Shown: positions 38,080-49,569 of the stretch, piece by piece
How the letters are laid out: every line of letters starts with the position of its first letter
How positions within the stretch are numbered: position 1 is the stretch's first letter
NCBI RefSeq assembly: GCF_006345805.1
Contig: NC_043014.1
Coordinates: 23,932,001 to 23,996,000, forward strand
Direction: 5' to 3'
Length of the DNA stretch: 64,000 bases
DNA from: Octopus sinensis
Lineage: Eukaryota
The notes under the pieces: model-generated
Database searches by the model: none
Seen by the model: only the letters and a program-made list of their open reading frames with translations
Told to the model about the DNA's origin: nothing
Translations under genes and position numbers: made by a program

Positions 38080-38700
38080 TCATCATCATCATTTAATGTC
38101 CATTGACAATGCTGGCATGGGTTGGATGGTTTGACCAGGGCTGGCAAGCTGAGGGACTGCACCAGACTCTGGTCTGATTTGGCATGGTTTCTATGGCTGG
38201 ATGCCCTTCCTAACATCAACCACTCACAGAGTGTAATGGGTACATTTATGTGCCACTGGCACAGGTGCCAGTTGGACGACACCAGTATCCACCACAACTG
38301 CGATCTCATTTGGTTTGATGGGTCTTCTAAAGCATGGCATATTGACAAAAGTGCCGGTCATGTCATTGCCTCTTTGAGGCCGCTCAAAAGGTGCTTTTTA
38401 TGTTCCACCAGCACAAGTACCATCCATGTGACACTGGCATTCGACACATTGCTTCCCTGAGGCCCAACGCTCAACAGATGCTTTTTATGTGCCACCAGCA
38501 TAGGTACCAGATGCCTCCCTGAGGCCCAACACTCAAAAGGTGCTTTTTACATGCCATTTATGTGACACTGGCATTGACCATGATTACAATTTCACTTAGC
38601 TTCACAGGTCTCCTCAAGCATGGCATATCGCCAAAGGTCTTGGTCACTAGCCATTGCTTCCATGAGGTCCAACGTTCGAAGATCATGCTTCACCATCTCA
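38080..38700 (-). mobile_element. RTE 3' UTR-derived fragment with internal subrepeats
   Basis: CATCATCATCATTTAATGTCC... and repeated GAGGCCCAAC..CAAAAG(G/A)TGCTTTTTA units. Confidence 0.75.
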
Positions 38701-39083
38701 TCCCATGTCTTTCTCCAGAGATCAGCCCTTCTTTTCTCTCAAGATGCTTACTCTCTGTTGTACATGCACATCCAGCAAAGTATACTAGCTTCAATGCAAT
38801 AATCAATGCATCTGATAGTACCACAATCTGTAGTGAGGGGCAGAATGATAATGCTTAAAGGTATACCGATTTATGAGGACTGTAATACAAGCCAATATAT
38901 GAGCAAGTATGGGATGTTTTGACCAGTTTTACCCTGCCTATTTGTGGCTTATCTGGCATAAGATGTTTTATCCCCATGGCCTTTTGACACCATGAAAATT
39001 TTGTTTTTATTCTAGTTGACAACTTGTAAACAAACTACTTGACTACTAAACTTCATTTGGCTTTCTGCCTCACTTTTTGTGTG

Positions 39084-39124
<41 letters not shown>

Positions 39125-39169
39125 TCATATATGATGGCTGGAGAAATATTGAAAAAAACATAGAATAGA

Positions 39170-40120
39170 AAAATTTTCTCACAATGGATTTCTATACAAC
39201 TTTGACAAAGTAAGCAAAGTTGACTATGAATTGAAATTTTGATACTGCAAGCAGAGAAATCAATGCTAAGCAAGACCACATACAAAAGCTGGAGAGATAG
39301 TAAAAATGTTAAATTTCCATTTACATGAAGCTTCACTGGTACATAAAGTAGCATATTTTATAACAAAGCTAAAACAATAAAAGAGCAGCAGAGACTCTTG
39401 GGTCCCTGACTGTAGTTAAAGTGAATGTTTAACAACATATCACAGGCTAATCTAGCCAATTTACAGTAATTAGTTTTGCCAAAAGAATACAAAATACATA
39501 TCTCTCAAGTGAACCAAACCCCAATTAGATTTTAATCTTCAGAAAAGTGAGCTGGCACCAACATATAGAGTCATTTGATATGTGGGTTGCAGATGGTACA
39601 TTCAGTGTCACACCAGCCTCTTTTCTCAAATTTATGTATAATGGAGTTCACCCTATAGTGTATGCTCTTTTGCCAAACAAACAATACCCTATATACATGA
39701 GAATGTTCAAATAGTTGAAAGGAAGTGAACCAAATTTGAGACCTACCTCAATCGTGTGCAACTTTGAACAAGCTACACATTTACATAATTTTTTTTTTTA
39801 CATTTCATTTAGTACCAAATTTGCAAAAGCATTGGCTCAACTGGATTCCACTTGTCTATAAAACACTGATCCAGATACTGTGTTGAAAGCAAAAACAAGT
39901 TATTGTTCTTATGACAGAGATGCCACAAGAACTTCATGCTTTACTTAATTGGTTTGAAGATACACATGTTGGTCATTCAAACAGATGAAGTGAAAGATAA
40001 GCTGCTCTGTTTCTCCCTTAAATACGGAATCTTTACCAAAGAACATAAATGGGGAAGACTGTACAAACAGTCATTCAGAGGCAGCCTATTGTTGATTACA
40101 ATACTGTTTGTTTTTTTTCA
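39170..40120 (+). mobile_element. Decayed Mutator-like (MULE) transposon: FLYWCH-like finger plus transposase
   Basis: FWYCKQR..C.AR..T...HLHEA-like segment, then MWVADGTFSVTP...VHPIVYALLPNK...LRPTSIVCNFEQA, matching the MULE DGTF and YALLP motifs. Confidence 0.8.
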
Positions 40121-40139
40121 AGAGCAGGTTGATGTTTTG

Positions 40140-40385
40140 GTGAACAGTCAACAGTGTTGGAGAGCAGGCAGAAACGTTAGCACGCTGGGCGAAATGTTTA
40201 GCGGTATTTCGTCTGCCGTTACGTTCTGAGTTCAAATTCCGCCGAGGTCGACTTTGCCCTTCATCCTTTCGGGGTCGATAAATTAAGTACCAGTTACGCA
40301 CTGGATGGGATGTAATCGACTTAATCCATGTGTGTCCTTGTTTGTCCTCTCTGTGTTTAGCCCCTTGTGGGCAGTAAAGAAATAA
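40140..40385 (+). mobile_element. tRNA-derived SINE, near full length
   Basis: GGCAGAAACGTTAGCACG head, B-box GAGTTCAAATTCC, central domain, AAAGAAATAA tail. Confidence 0.9.
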
Positions 40386-40389
40386 GTGT

Positions 40390-41110
40390 TGGAGAGCACT
40401 AAGATCAAAGTTGTAGTCAGGAAAGAGTTAGCTGACATGGAGAACTGGAAGCCATCTGAATATTGGAAAAGAGATACCTGTATCATGTTGATTGTGCCAG
40501 GTATCAAAATGCCAACATCAGGACTGCTGCTCAATATTCTTCGAACACTGCAAAGACGATTAAGACAGGAGATGGACAGATGCAACATAAACTATGAAGC
40601 TGTGTCTGTATCTGACTGTATCTACACACTGGAATTAATCTGCAAATCTTTAAACAGGGACTTAGGCTCAATTCAGAGCTGGCAGGAGAGGGTTGTTGCT
40701 GGAAGGCAGTAGGATTCTGCTCCCTGTCATACCTCCAGAAAGAGTCAGAATTGGTTGTTGGAGAATTTCTAAGTATCAGCTGCTCCAATTTTTGGCCTCC
40801 CAATTCTGCCAATTGTAATTCCATGGATTACTGTGTGAGCATGGCATCAACAGCTCTCCTTGCAACACCAAGTGCAAGATCAAAGAGGAATTCAAAGAAT
40901 TTCGCAAGGACAGAGTGAAGAATGCATACACAAAGTTCAGCAGCAATCTTGAGGCCACTGTGGAGGCTGAGGACAGTAAACTCTCATCTTCCAGCCACAA
41001 TCTAGTTGAAACTTTTTTGATATTTAAAAAAATACTTTCTATTCTGGGAATGGGATATTGTTTTCTTTTCTTTTCATGTAATCTGTCAAATTTAACCTGA
41101 ACACCTTGAA
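40390..41110 (+). mobile_element. Decayed Tc1/mariner-superfamily transposon (maT/DD37D-like), 3' half
   Basis: Q*DSAPCHTSRKSQNWLLENF...FWPPNSANCNSMDYCV catalytic-region motifs. Confidence 0.8.
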
Positions 41111-41794
41111 ATATGCAAATGTCCAATGATATAGAAATTAATAAGAATAAAGCAAGGGAAAAATGTACACGATGGAACATAAGGTAGATAACTCCTTTTA
41201 ACAATTCCATCAGACTACATTGTTTCTTTCAATTTCTTCCTGCGTGCATGTTTCCTTTAAGTGTATATATTAGTAGAAATCAGGTTCATTTAATTTCTCA
41301 CTTTCTCTCTGCTTTAATGTGGGAGAATTTTCTAATTCTCTCTTCACCAAAATGTAATGGTTTCAAATAGGCTATCATGAAAACGGGCTCATTGTCTAAT
41401 TAGTAGTAGCAAAATCATCAGTGCCCAATTGTCCTATTCTGGCAAGTGGACGCAAAAAGTGACTTTCATGATACCTCAGTCTCAATTCATTAGGATAACA
41501 AACAAGTGAGGTCTTATAAGCTGAATACAGTTTATCTAGGTGTCAAAACAAATATAGGAAGTGGGATATATGATATCAGTGAAAGTTAAAACACGATTGA
41601 AAGAAGTATTAGGAACATGTATATAACGCCTGGTGAAAACACAAAAATCTGTGTGCAAACGCTATGCAAGAGCAAAAGAAATGCCATGCCACAGGGAACT
41701 CAGACTTATAGCAGAAACAGTGGTAAGCCCATGATGTTACCATTGTTTTTCTTGAGTCATCTCTTCTTCTTTATGATATACATATATATATTAA

Positions 41795-41990
41795 CTAGCA
41801 GAGATACCTGGCGTTGCCCGTGTTAAATGCAATTGAAGAATTAGACTTTTCTGTTATATTTTCTGTAATGAACTGGAATATCTGTTTCGAATTTCATCAA
41901 AATTGCAGATGAGGGTTATTTCCCTCTTTACACACCCAAAAAATAAATGTAATCGTTCCACATGTATCTCATACTACTTATTTTTATCTG
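41795..41990 (-). mobile_element. Helitron 3' end
   Basis: On minus: ACACGGGCAACGCCAGGTATCTCTGCTAGT (hairpin plus CTAG). Confidence 0.65.
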
Positions 41991-42410
41991 CATATTCCAA
42001 AATTCCATTCTTATTGAACCTGTTAAAAAGATTTTGCTCCTGAAAAATGATGGTCATGGAGCTCTAAAATGTGAGAGTTAAGGCTCCTGTTGGAGGTGGG
42101 CATCTTAATATCACCCAGAGAAGTTGAATTGTTGATAATCTTTTTAACTTGGTTCATATATCTATTGTCTAAATTTCTTTGAAATAGGAAATATATGTTC
42201 ACTGGGTTTGTAAAAGAGAGCAAAGCTACAGGAAACCAAAAGACGAATGATCACGAATGATCGTACTGCATTACCTCTGGATATCTTTGTTGCTTATTTT
42301 GATTATAATCACCCCATTTTGAATTATATGGATAATACCATACCAAATTCTGGTGCCTTTAACTAAAGTACCATATTAAACTGAATCTAAATTTTTAGTG
42401 AACTTATATA

Positions 42411-42450
<40 letters not shown>

Positions 42451-42482
42451 GATACATATATATACACCCCCCTCCTATTTAT

Positions 42483-43670
42483 CATAGTCCTCCAAGCAAT
42501 AACGGAGGAATTCAAGACAGGATGCCCCTGGGAGCTCCTCTATGCTGATGACCTTGCTCTAATTGCTGAGTCTCTATCAGAACTGGAGGAGAAGTTTCAG
42601 GTATGGAAGCAAGGTTTAGAATCGATGGGCCTTAGAATCAACCTAGCCAAAACCAAAGTCCTAATAAGTAGGAAGGTAGACCAATCACAAACGCCTTCAG
42701 GTAGATGGCCCTGCTCGATCTGTAAAAAAGGCGTAGGTAGAAACTCTATAAGGTGCACCAAGTGTAAGCTATGGACACATAAGAGGTGTAGTAATGTCAA
42801 AGGAAGACTAACTAGGAAAATAGTTTTTATCTGTGGCAGATGCTCAGGAGCAATAAACTCTGAAAATATGCAGAGACCAACTTCTACCACGTTCCAGGGA
42901 GAAAAACTAAAAGTAGTTGATAGCTTCCGCTACCTGTGCTGAAAGTGTAACTGCTAGAGTAAGAATAGCCTGGGCAAAGTTTAGAGAGCTCTTACCCCTG
43001 CTGGTGACAAAAGGCCTCTCGCTCAGAGTAAAAGGCAGACTGTACGATGCATGTGTACGAACAGCCATGCTACATGGTAGTGAAACATGGGCTGTGACAG
43101 CTGAGGATTTGCGTAATCTCGCAAGAAATGAAGCCAGTATGCTCCGATGGATGTGTAATGTCAGTGTTCATAATCGACAGAGTGTAAGTACTTTGAGAGA
43201 AAAGTTGGACCTAAGAAGCATCAGTTGTGGTGTGCAAGAGAGACGTTTGCGCTGGTATGGTCATGTGACGAGAATGGCTGAAGATAGTTGTGTGCGAAAG
43301 TGCCACACCCTAGCAGTTGAGGGAACCTGTGGAAGAGGTAGACCCAGGAAAACATGGGACAAGGTGGTGAAGCACAACCTTCGAACTTTAGGTCACACCA
43401 AGGAAATGACTAGAGACCGAGACCTATGGAAGTATGCTGTGCGTGAGAACATAACCTGTGGCCTACATACCTTTCCTTCTTAGGAAGCACGACCTTCGAA
43501 CTTTAGGTCTCACCAAGGAAATGACTAGAGACCAAGACCTATGGAAGTATGCTGTGCGTGAGAAGACCCGGCAAGACTAGTGAGAACATAACCTGTGGCC
43601 TACATATCTTTCCTTCTTGGGACACAAAACTCCACTTGTGAAGACCCGTTGAGACAAGTGAAAATCAAAA
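42483..43670 (+). mobile_element. RTE LINE copy B (PHD-finger family), 5'-truncated, runs into assembly gap
   Basis: CPWELLYADD, WPCSICKKGVGRNSIRCTKCKLWTHKRC and LRWYGHV motifs; duplicated ~80-bp segment near 43376/43487. Confidence 0.93.
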
Positions 43671-43770
43671 NNNNNNNNNNNNNNNNNNNNNNNNNNNNNN
43701 NNNNNNNNNNNNNNNNNNNNNNNNNNNNNNNNNNNNNNNNNNNNNNNNNNNNNNNNNNNNNNNNNNNNNN
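43671..43770. other. Assembly gap (100 N)
   Basis: N run; the true length is unknown and it hides the 3' ends of both flanking LINEs. Confidence 1.
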
Positions 43771-46700
43771 CCCGCCTACGCTCCAAGGAATATATTTTAA
43801 TCTCTTGAGTCTTTCCCAGTAGCTTACATTCTGCATAGAGGCTATCTTCTTCGTGTAGCTGCGTTGGATCGCCTCGAGCTCTGTGATCAACTTGACACTG
43901 ATTGGTGACCATAACTGAGAGCAGTAGTCAAAGTGGCTTTAGGACAAGTGTCCTCCAGAGGACCATCATGGTTTCTTGTTTCTCTTTTTCTAGAGGTTCT
44001 GAGGATCCATCCGGCCAGTCGTCTACATTTCATTGCCAATTTAGCAACATTACACGAAAGGTTGCGTCATCACTCATGTAAAATACCTAGGTCACGCACT
44101 GATTTGTCCTCTGGGATTGCTATTCCTCCGGGTCCGGTGTATTTTGGGTATTGCATTTAGTTTTGCATGCTGATAGTATAAAGCTTGAAACTTTTTCAGC
44201 ATTGAACTGCATGCTATTCTTTTCAGCCCACTTGTATATTTTGTCCAGCTCACATTGCAGGCGTTGTAGTGTCCTATAGGGTTCTGTATTGCCTGTGAGA
44301 CTTTTGTATCATCTGCATAACTTGTGATCGTGGCTCTCTGCGTGGCTGAGGCATGTCTGAGAGGGCCATTATGAACAGTAGTGGTCCCAGAACAGTGCCC
44401 TGCGGACACCGCTCACTATTTGTGTTTAATGGAAGTGGCCCCATTGGCTACTACCACTGACTTCTATCTTTCAGAAAGTCATGAAGCCATTCTCCCAGTT
44501 TTCCAACTATGTTGAGATCACGCAGTTTGTGACATATCATTCCATGATCGACTTTATCAAAGCCTTTGCAAAGTCGAGATATATCACTTCCACATCTGAG
44601 TGGTTGAGCAGCCGTTTCATCACCCAGTCATAGTGCTGCAGGAGCTGAGTTAAACAGCTTCTCCCTGGTCGGAAACCATGTTGGGTGTCGGGCAGCAAGT
44701 CATTCTCTCTTCAAGGAAGGTGATCAGCTTCCTTCTGACTATTCGTTCCATGACCTTGCTGATGTGTGAGGTCAGAGAGATAGGTCTGTAGTTCTTGGCC
44801 TCCGCTCTGCTACCTCCTTTATGAATGGGGCATATTTTACCTTCCTTCAGTTTCTTGGAAGTTTGCCAGCTGCAAGGAAGCTCTGAAAGAGGAACTGCAG
44901 TGGTCTTGCTAGGACTCTCTTACATACTTTAGGAGGATTGCCGGGAATCCTCGGGGCCAGTAGCTGAGTCTGTTTTCATTTCATCTATAGCCTTGATTAC
45001 ATCGTCTTCCTTTATATCGATGTAATCTATCGTCGCCGCCTCTGATTTTATATCTGCAGTGGTAAAAGTCAGTCGATTGTGATTGGGAGATGCCCAAGGG
45101 TGGAGTGAAAACACTCTTGAATTGCTCATTCAGTATTTCACTTACCCTCATTGGTTTTCCTGTAAGTGTGCCATCCTTTTCAAGGAGTGGCCCTATTCTA
45201 CACAGTGCACCGTAGCTGTTTCTTTGGCATACCTGTAGAAAGCTCTGGGGTTAGATTTTATGTTGTCTATAGCCCAGGCTTCTTTGTCTGCTCTTTCTTT
45301 TTCATGGGAGAGTTGCAGACATTTTTTCCATTTCCAACAGTTTTATTTTCAGGCGGGACTTTTCACTGCTTTCAATCTGTTTGTTTAGGCGATTTGAAAT
45401 TTTTGTACGCCGTCTCATGGCCTTTCTCTCTGGGACGCATTTGTTGCATATGGCTTGCATTACAGACATGAATTGTTGAAGTTTCACGTCGATGTCTGTC
45501 GAGGAGAGACATTTAGGCCAGTTTTGTTTGAGGATCTCTTTCTCAATTTGTTTCCAGTTTGCCTTATGGTAGTTCAAGCTGGAAAGATTCTGAGGGTTTC
45601 TTGTAGGCTGCATGTCCGTGCTCTCTTTTGGCCCGAACATGGTCAGCTCTACCATGTTGTGATCCGAGAGTAGTGTCGGTGTCACTTTCACATTATGGAT
45701 GAGATCCATGTCATTTGTGAAGCAAAGATCCAGTGTGTTACCTGCCCTGGTTGGTTGGAGTATTACCTGCTCCATGTACAGGGTGTTGATGAGGTTCAGG
45801 AGGGACCTTGCCTGTCCTCGTTCACATCTTGTCATTCCTGGGAGAGAAAGGCCCTCGGGCCATCTGACATTGGGTAGATTGAAGTCTCCCATAAGAAGTA
45901 CACTTATGTGTTGTTCTAATGTGATTAGAACTTCTTCTATTTTTATAAGGCAGTCTTCAAACTTGCCCACATGGCTTGGGGCATCTGGGGGCGATATGTA
46001 GCACACACAACTACATCAAGTTGCCTTATATGTACAATTAGTGTGTCACACACCGAGTTTGAGTATGACAAGAGGACCTGGGGTGTGAGGTCCTCACGGA
46101 TGTACATAGCTACTCCTCCATGACTCCTTTCTTTTCTGTCGGTCCGTAGTACAACATACTGTGGTATGTGTAACTCCGCATCTGCTATGTCCGGTTTCAG
46201 GTGCGTTTCTGTAAGTGCTATGCATAAGGCGTGATTGCATGCAACAAAGTCTCTCAAGAACGGGATTTTTGTCCTGTTACTGAGTGTTTGCAGCCCTCTG
46301 ATGTTCAGTAGGAGCATCGAGGTGAGGTGTATGTTGTTGCCGGCGGTGTCCATCCTGGGTTTGTTTGCTGTGGTGGTCTTGTATATAGTGGGTTGTCCCA
46401 CCTGCGGGCTTGGGTTTGATGAAGCCAGGTCAGCTGCTGTACAATCTTTTGTGCCATGCACAAAAAAGACTGCTGCTCAGCAGCTGCCCTTTCAACAACA
46501 TCATGTTGGCGGTTTGTGGCACGCACAACATCTGCGTACCTCCGCTTTGGGGCAGGTGGTGCGTGGTCCTTCCCTTTTCCTTGTGTTGATGGCTTGTCCA
46601 TCTGCCTCGTGTCTCTGCGGCAGGGGCCCCGATGTGCAAAGCGGCAGCCTGCACTTCCTTTCCATGTCAGCAGGTACCTCTCAGGTAGAACCTACACACC

Positions 46701-47209
46701 CGTGTGCGCTGATTGTTTCCATCCTTTGCGGTTCCACTTCTATTCCTGGTTGTTTCACCCTTTGGTCCTGCTTGAGCTTTTCCTTTAGCTCTTTCAGTCC
46801 TTCTTTTAGTTCTTCTTCCTCCCTCTACCTCTTCCCCGGGTTCTCCGTCTCCATGGCCCTTGCTGCCGGTTGGAGAACCTGCACCTGGGTTCACTTCCCG
46901 GGCAGGTTTCTCACTCAAAACCTCCTCCCGGGCGTCCACCAGGTCGGGGTGACTTCTTTCATCGTCTCCATTCTTGCCATCTTTGCCCCGCTCGTTCTCA
47001 AAGATGGCATCAAGTGCGCCAATGTGCGACCGTACAAGCGCATAGGAGCGTACGAATTCCCGTCTCTTTCGCTCCATCTGAGCCGCTGTCCTCTTGTAGC
47101 CGCTGTTCTTCAGCGCAGCCGCAATCACATTGCTAGGGCTATCTCCATCGGCGCATTTCCAGGCTCGTACGAATAACGCTAGTTCGTCAGGTCTCCAGGC
47201 TCTGGACAT
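43771..47209 (-). mobile_element. CR1-like two-ORF LINE, nearly full length, lightly decayed
   Basis: ORF2 has an AP endonuclease (LLLNIRGL, IALTETHL, RTDRKERSHGGVAMYI, LLMGDFNLP, GNTLDL, SDH) and RT (DFAKAFDKVDH, GV.QGTVLGPLLF, YADDTK, YWERLKRL). ORF1 starts at 47209. Confidence 0.92.
46305..47209 (-). pseudogene. LINE ORF1: trihelix Myb/SANT-like domain, low-complexity linker, CCCH zinc finger, basic tail (one stop, one frameshift)
   Basis: WRPDELALFVRAW...IAAALKNSGYKRTAAQMERKRREFVRSY; then CRFYLRGTC*HGK, frameshift, GCRFAH; continues into the 46305-46601 ORF. Confidence 0.7.
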
Positions 47210-47270
47210 GCTGGATAATCTGTCTATTTATTTATCTATCTAAATATGTTCGAGAGAAGACAAGAAGATA

Positions 47271-49067
47271 TTAAGGCTAATTAGAAGATAGAGTATTAAC
47301 AATATTAAAGTGTGTGGGTAAAAACGTTAATTAATCTTAAGGCTAATTAGAAGATAGAGTATCTGAAAATATATTAACAATATTAAAGTGTGAGTAAAAA
47401 AACGTTATTTAAATCTTAAGGCTAATTAGAAGATAGAGTATCTGAAAATATATTAACAATATTAAAGTGTGGGTAAAAACGTTATTTAATTTAATCTTAA
47501 GGCTAATTAGAAGATAGAGTATCTGAAAATATATTAACAATATTAAAGTGTGGGTAAAGACGTTATTTAATCTTAAGGCTAATTAGAGGAGAGAGTATCT
47601 GAAAGAAGAGAGATGAGAAGGTGGGAGAGGGAAGATTGTTTATTTATCTATCTAAAGTTCATTAAAGTTCACGTCCATGCATATATACGTATACATATAT
47701 ACATACACGTGCACACACACACACACACATATACACAAACGGAGAGAGGGAGAAGGTGGAATAAAAAGAAAGTGAGGGAAAATATATTAATATTAAAGTG
47801 TGGGTAGAAACGTTATTTAATCTTAAGGCTAATTAGAAGATAGAGTATTTGAAAATGTATTAACAATATTAAAGTGTGGGTAAAAACGTTATTTAATCTT
47901 AAGGATAATTAGAGGATAGAGTATCTGAAAATATATTAACAATATTAAGGTGTGGGTAAAAACGTTATTTAATCTTAAGGCTAATTAGAAGATAGAGTAT
48001 CTGAAAATATGTTAACAAAATTAAAGTGCGGATAAAAACGTTATTTATTCTTAAGGCTAATTAGAAGATTGAGTATCTGAAAATATATTAACAATATTAA
48101 AGTGTGGGTAAAAACGTTATTTAATCTTAAGGCTAATTAGAAGATAGAGTATCTGAAAATATATTAACAATATTAAAGTGTGGGTAAAAACGTTATTTAA
48201 TCTTAAGGCTAATTAGAAGATAGAGTATCTGAAAATATATTAACAATATTAAAGTGTGGGTAGAAACGTTATTTAATCTTAAGGCTAATTAGAAGATAGA
48301 GTATCTGAAAATATATTAACAATATTAAAGTGTGGATAAAAACGTTATTTAATCTTAAGGCTAATTAGAAGATAGAGTATCTGAAAATATATTAACAATA
48401 TTAAAGTGTGGGTAAAAAACGTTATTTAATCTTAAGCTATTAGAAGATAGAGTATCTGAAAATATTAACAATATTAAAGTTTGGGTAAAAACGTTATTTA
48501 ATCTTAAGGCTAATTAGAGGATAGAGTATCTGAAAATATATTAACAATATTAAAGTGTGGGTAAAACGTTATTTAATCTTAAGGCTAATTAGAGGATAGA
48601 GTATCTGAAAATATATTAACAATATTAAAGTGTGGGTAAAAACGTTATTTAATCTTAAGGCTAATTAGAAGATAGAGTATCTGAAAATATATTAACAATA
48701 TTAAAGTGTGGGTAAAAAACATTATTTAATCTTAAGGCTAATTAGAAGATAGAGTATCTGAAAATATATTAACAATATTAAAGTGTAGGTAAAAACGTTA
48801 TTTAATCTTAAGGCTGATTAGAAGATAGCGTATCTGAAAATATATTAACAATATTAAAGTGTGGGTAAAACGTTATTTAATCTTAAGGCTAGTTAGAAGA
48901 TAGAGTATCTGAAAATATATTAACAATATTAAAGTGTGGGTAAAAACGTTATTTAATCTTAAGGCTAATTAGAAGATAGAGTATCTGAAAATATATTAAC
49001 AATATTAAAGTGTGGGTAAAAAACGTTATTTAATCTTAAGGCTAATTAGAGGATAGAGTATCTGAAA
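47271..49067. repeat. Minisatellite, 76-bp unit, about 22 copies in two blocks (5 + 17)
   Basis: Unit TTAAGGCTAATTAGAAGATAGAGTATCTGAAAATATATTAACAATATTAAAGTGTGGGTAAAAACGTTATTTAATC; period 76 (e.g. 48127 to 48203); interrupted at ~47600-47780. Confidence 0.98.
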
Positions 49068-49351
49068 GAGGAGAGATGAGAAGGTAAGAGATATTGAGAT
49101 GTAAACAAAAATGGTGTTCGTAACTTTAGAAGGAGATGTAAGCTTAAGTTAAGGGGGATAAAATAGGATAATAAACAAAATATGAAATAGAAGATGAAAG
49201 TGATACTTAATCCAACGATGTGGTCTAGATTTTTTGTGCTTTACGGAATTATTTTCCAGGAGTGATGTTTCTTTTTCCTTCTTGCAGGAGATAAATTAAT
49301 TCAGTGAGTTTTTCCACCATGTGCGTTTTCGGCGAAAAGAAAATTATTGTA

Positions 49352-49395
<44 letters not shown>

Positions 49396-49486
49396 ACCAA
49401 TGTGTTGTAATGATCTCTATGATTAGAGTTTTACGTTTTGCTACTTCAGTAGGTTATTTCGCTGATCTATGCAAACTTTTTTGTCA

Positions 49487-49529
<43 letters not shown>

Positions 49530-49569
49530 ATATATATATATATAATTATATATATATATAAACTTAGAT

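Noticed and set aside
46235-47176. 313-aa plus-strand ORF antisense to LINE ORF1 (ORF0-like?)
   Set aside because: Ser/Leu/Phe-rich with no recognisable domain; best explained as the antisense shadow of a GC-rich coding region.
47271-49067. CRISPR-like array
   Set aside because: The units are contiguous 76-bp monomers with no unique spacers, there are no cas genes, and the context is eukaryotic.
49265-49312. Micro-exon-like TTCTTGCAG...GTGAGT on plus strand
   Set aside because: No plus-strand gene context; more likely part of the LINE upstream region.
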